Assembly (NCBI GenBank): GCA_035084275.1
Contig: CM068761.1
Location: 2,232,001 to 2,296,000, forward strand
DNA: 64,000 nucleotides
Direction: 5' to 3'
From: Hydrolagus colliei
Lineage: Eukaryota
Under the pieces are notes generated by a model, which was not told the origin of the DNA, searched no databases, and saw nothing but the letters and a program-made list of their open reading frames with translations. Every line of letters begins with the position of its first letter. Position 1 is the first letter of the stretch. Below, in pieces: positions 63,777 through 64,000 of the stretch. The position numbers were made by a program, and so were the translations under genes.

Positions 63777-64000
63777 TACTTGTTTTTTTTTAAAAAAGCA
63801 TGTCAAACTTTGTGTGGAGGAGAGTCTTTGTAATCCTGTATAGAGCATGATAGAGTGAAAAGTCGACCAGACAACAACAACAATAAATTACGCTTGTATA
63901 GAGCCTCTCACGTCCCGAGATGCTGCCAGCTAAGTATTCTCCCACCTGCAGTCTGACCTCGTTGTGGCTTGCCAACCCAGCTCTGAAATGTTCACCTCCC

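Noticed and set aside
41-63975. ORF-track entries as protein-coding genes
   Set aside because: All are short, low-complexity, or translations of SINE/L2/CR1/microsatellite sequence. There is no recognisable host protein domain.

Overview
Eukaryotic, vertebrate-type genomic DNA that is AT-rich, CpG-depleted and repeat-dense, not prokaryotic. The repeat complement is one abundant tRNA-headed SINE, older Deu-domain SINE relics, L2 and CR1 LINE fragments, and Tc1/mariner, Tigger-like and hAT miniature elements. This suggests a cartilaginous fish, probably Callorhinchus milii; that is inferred from recalled repeat families and is not verified. The main gene feature is a CpG-island promoter and candidate first exon on the + strand (~12.6-13.46 kb). 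It carries four short uORFs and ends in a strong AAG|GTAAGC donor, followed by what looks like a >50 kb intron. I could not identify the gene. None of the ORF-track entries is a credible intact protein; some are translations of L2 or transposase relics. The most notable observations: (1) two SINE copies carry an antisense L2 3' tail at the same internal TGTA site; (2) the SINE and L2 share a 3' tail and form several chimeras and inverted pairs; (3) an isolated hairpin with a 27-bp perfect stem lies at 57.37-57.45 kb; (4) the uORFs show repeated stop/start overlaps; (5) a hairpin-dense CpG-rich segment lies at 1.85-2.0 kb.
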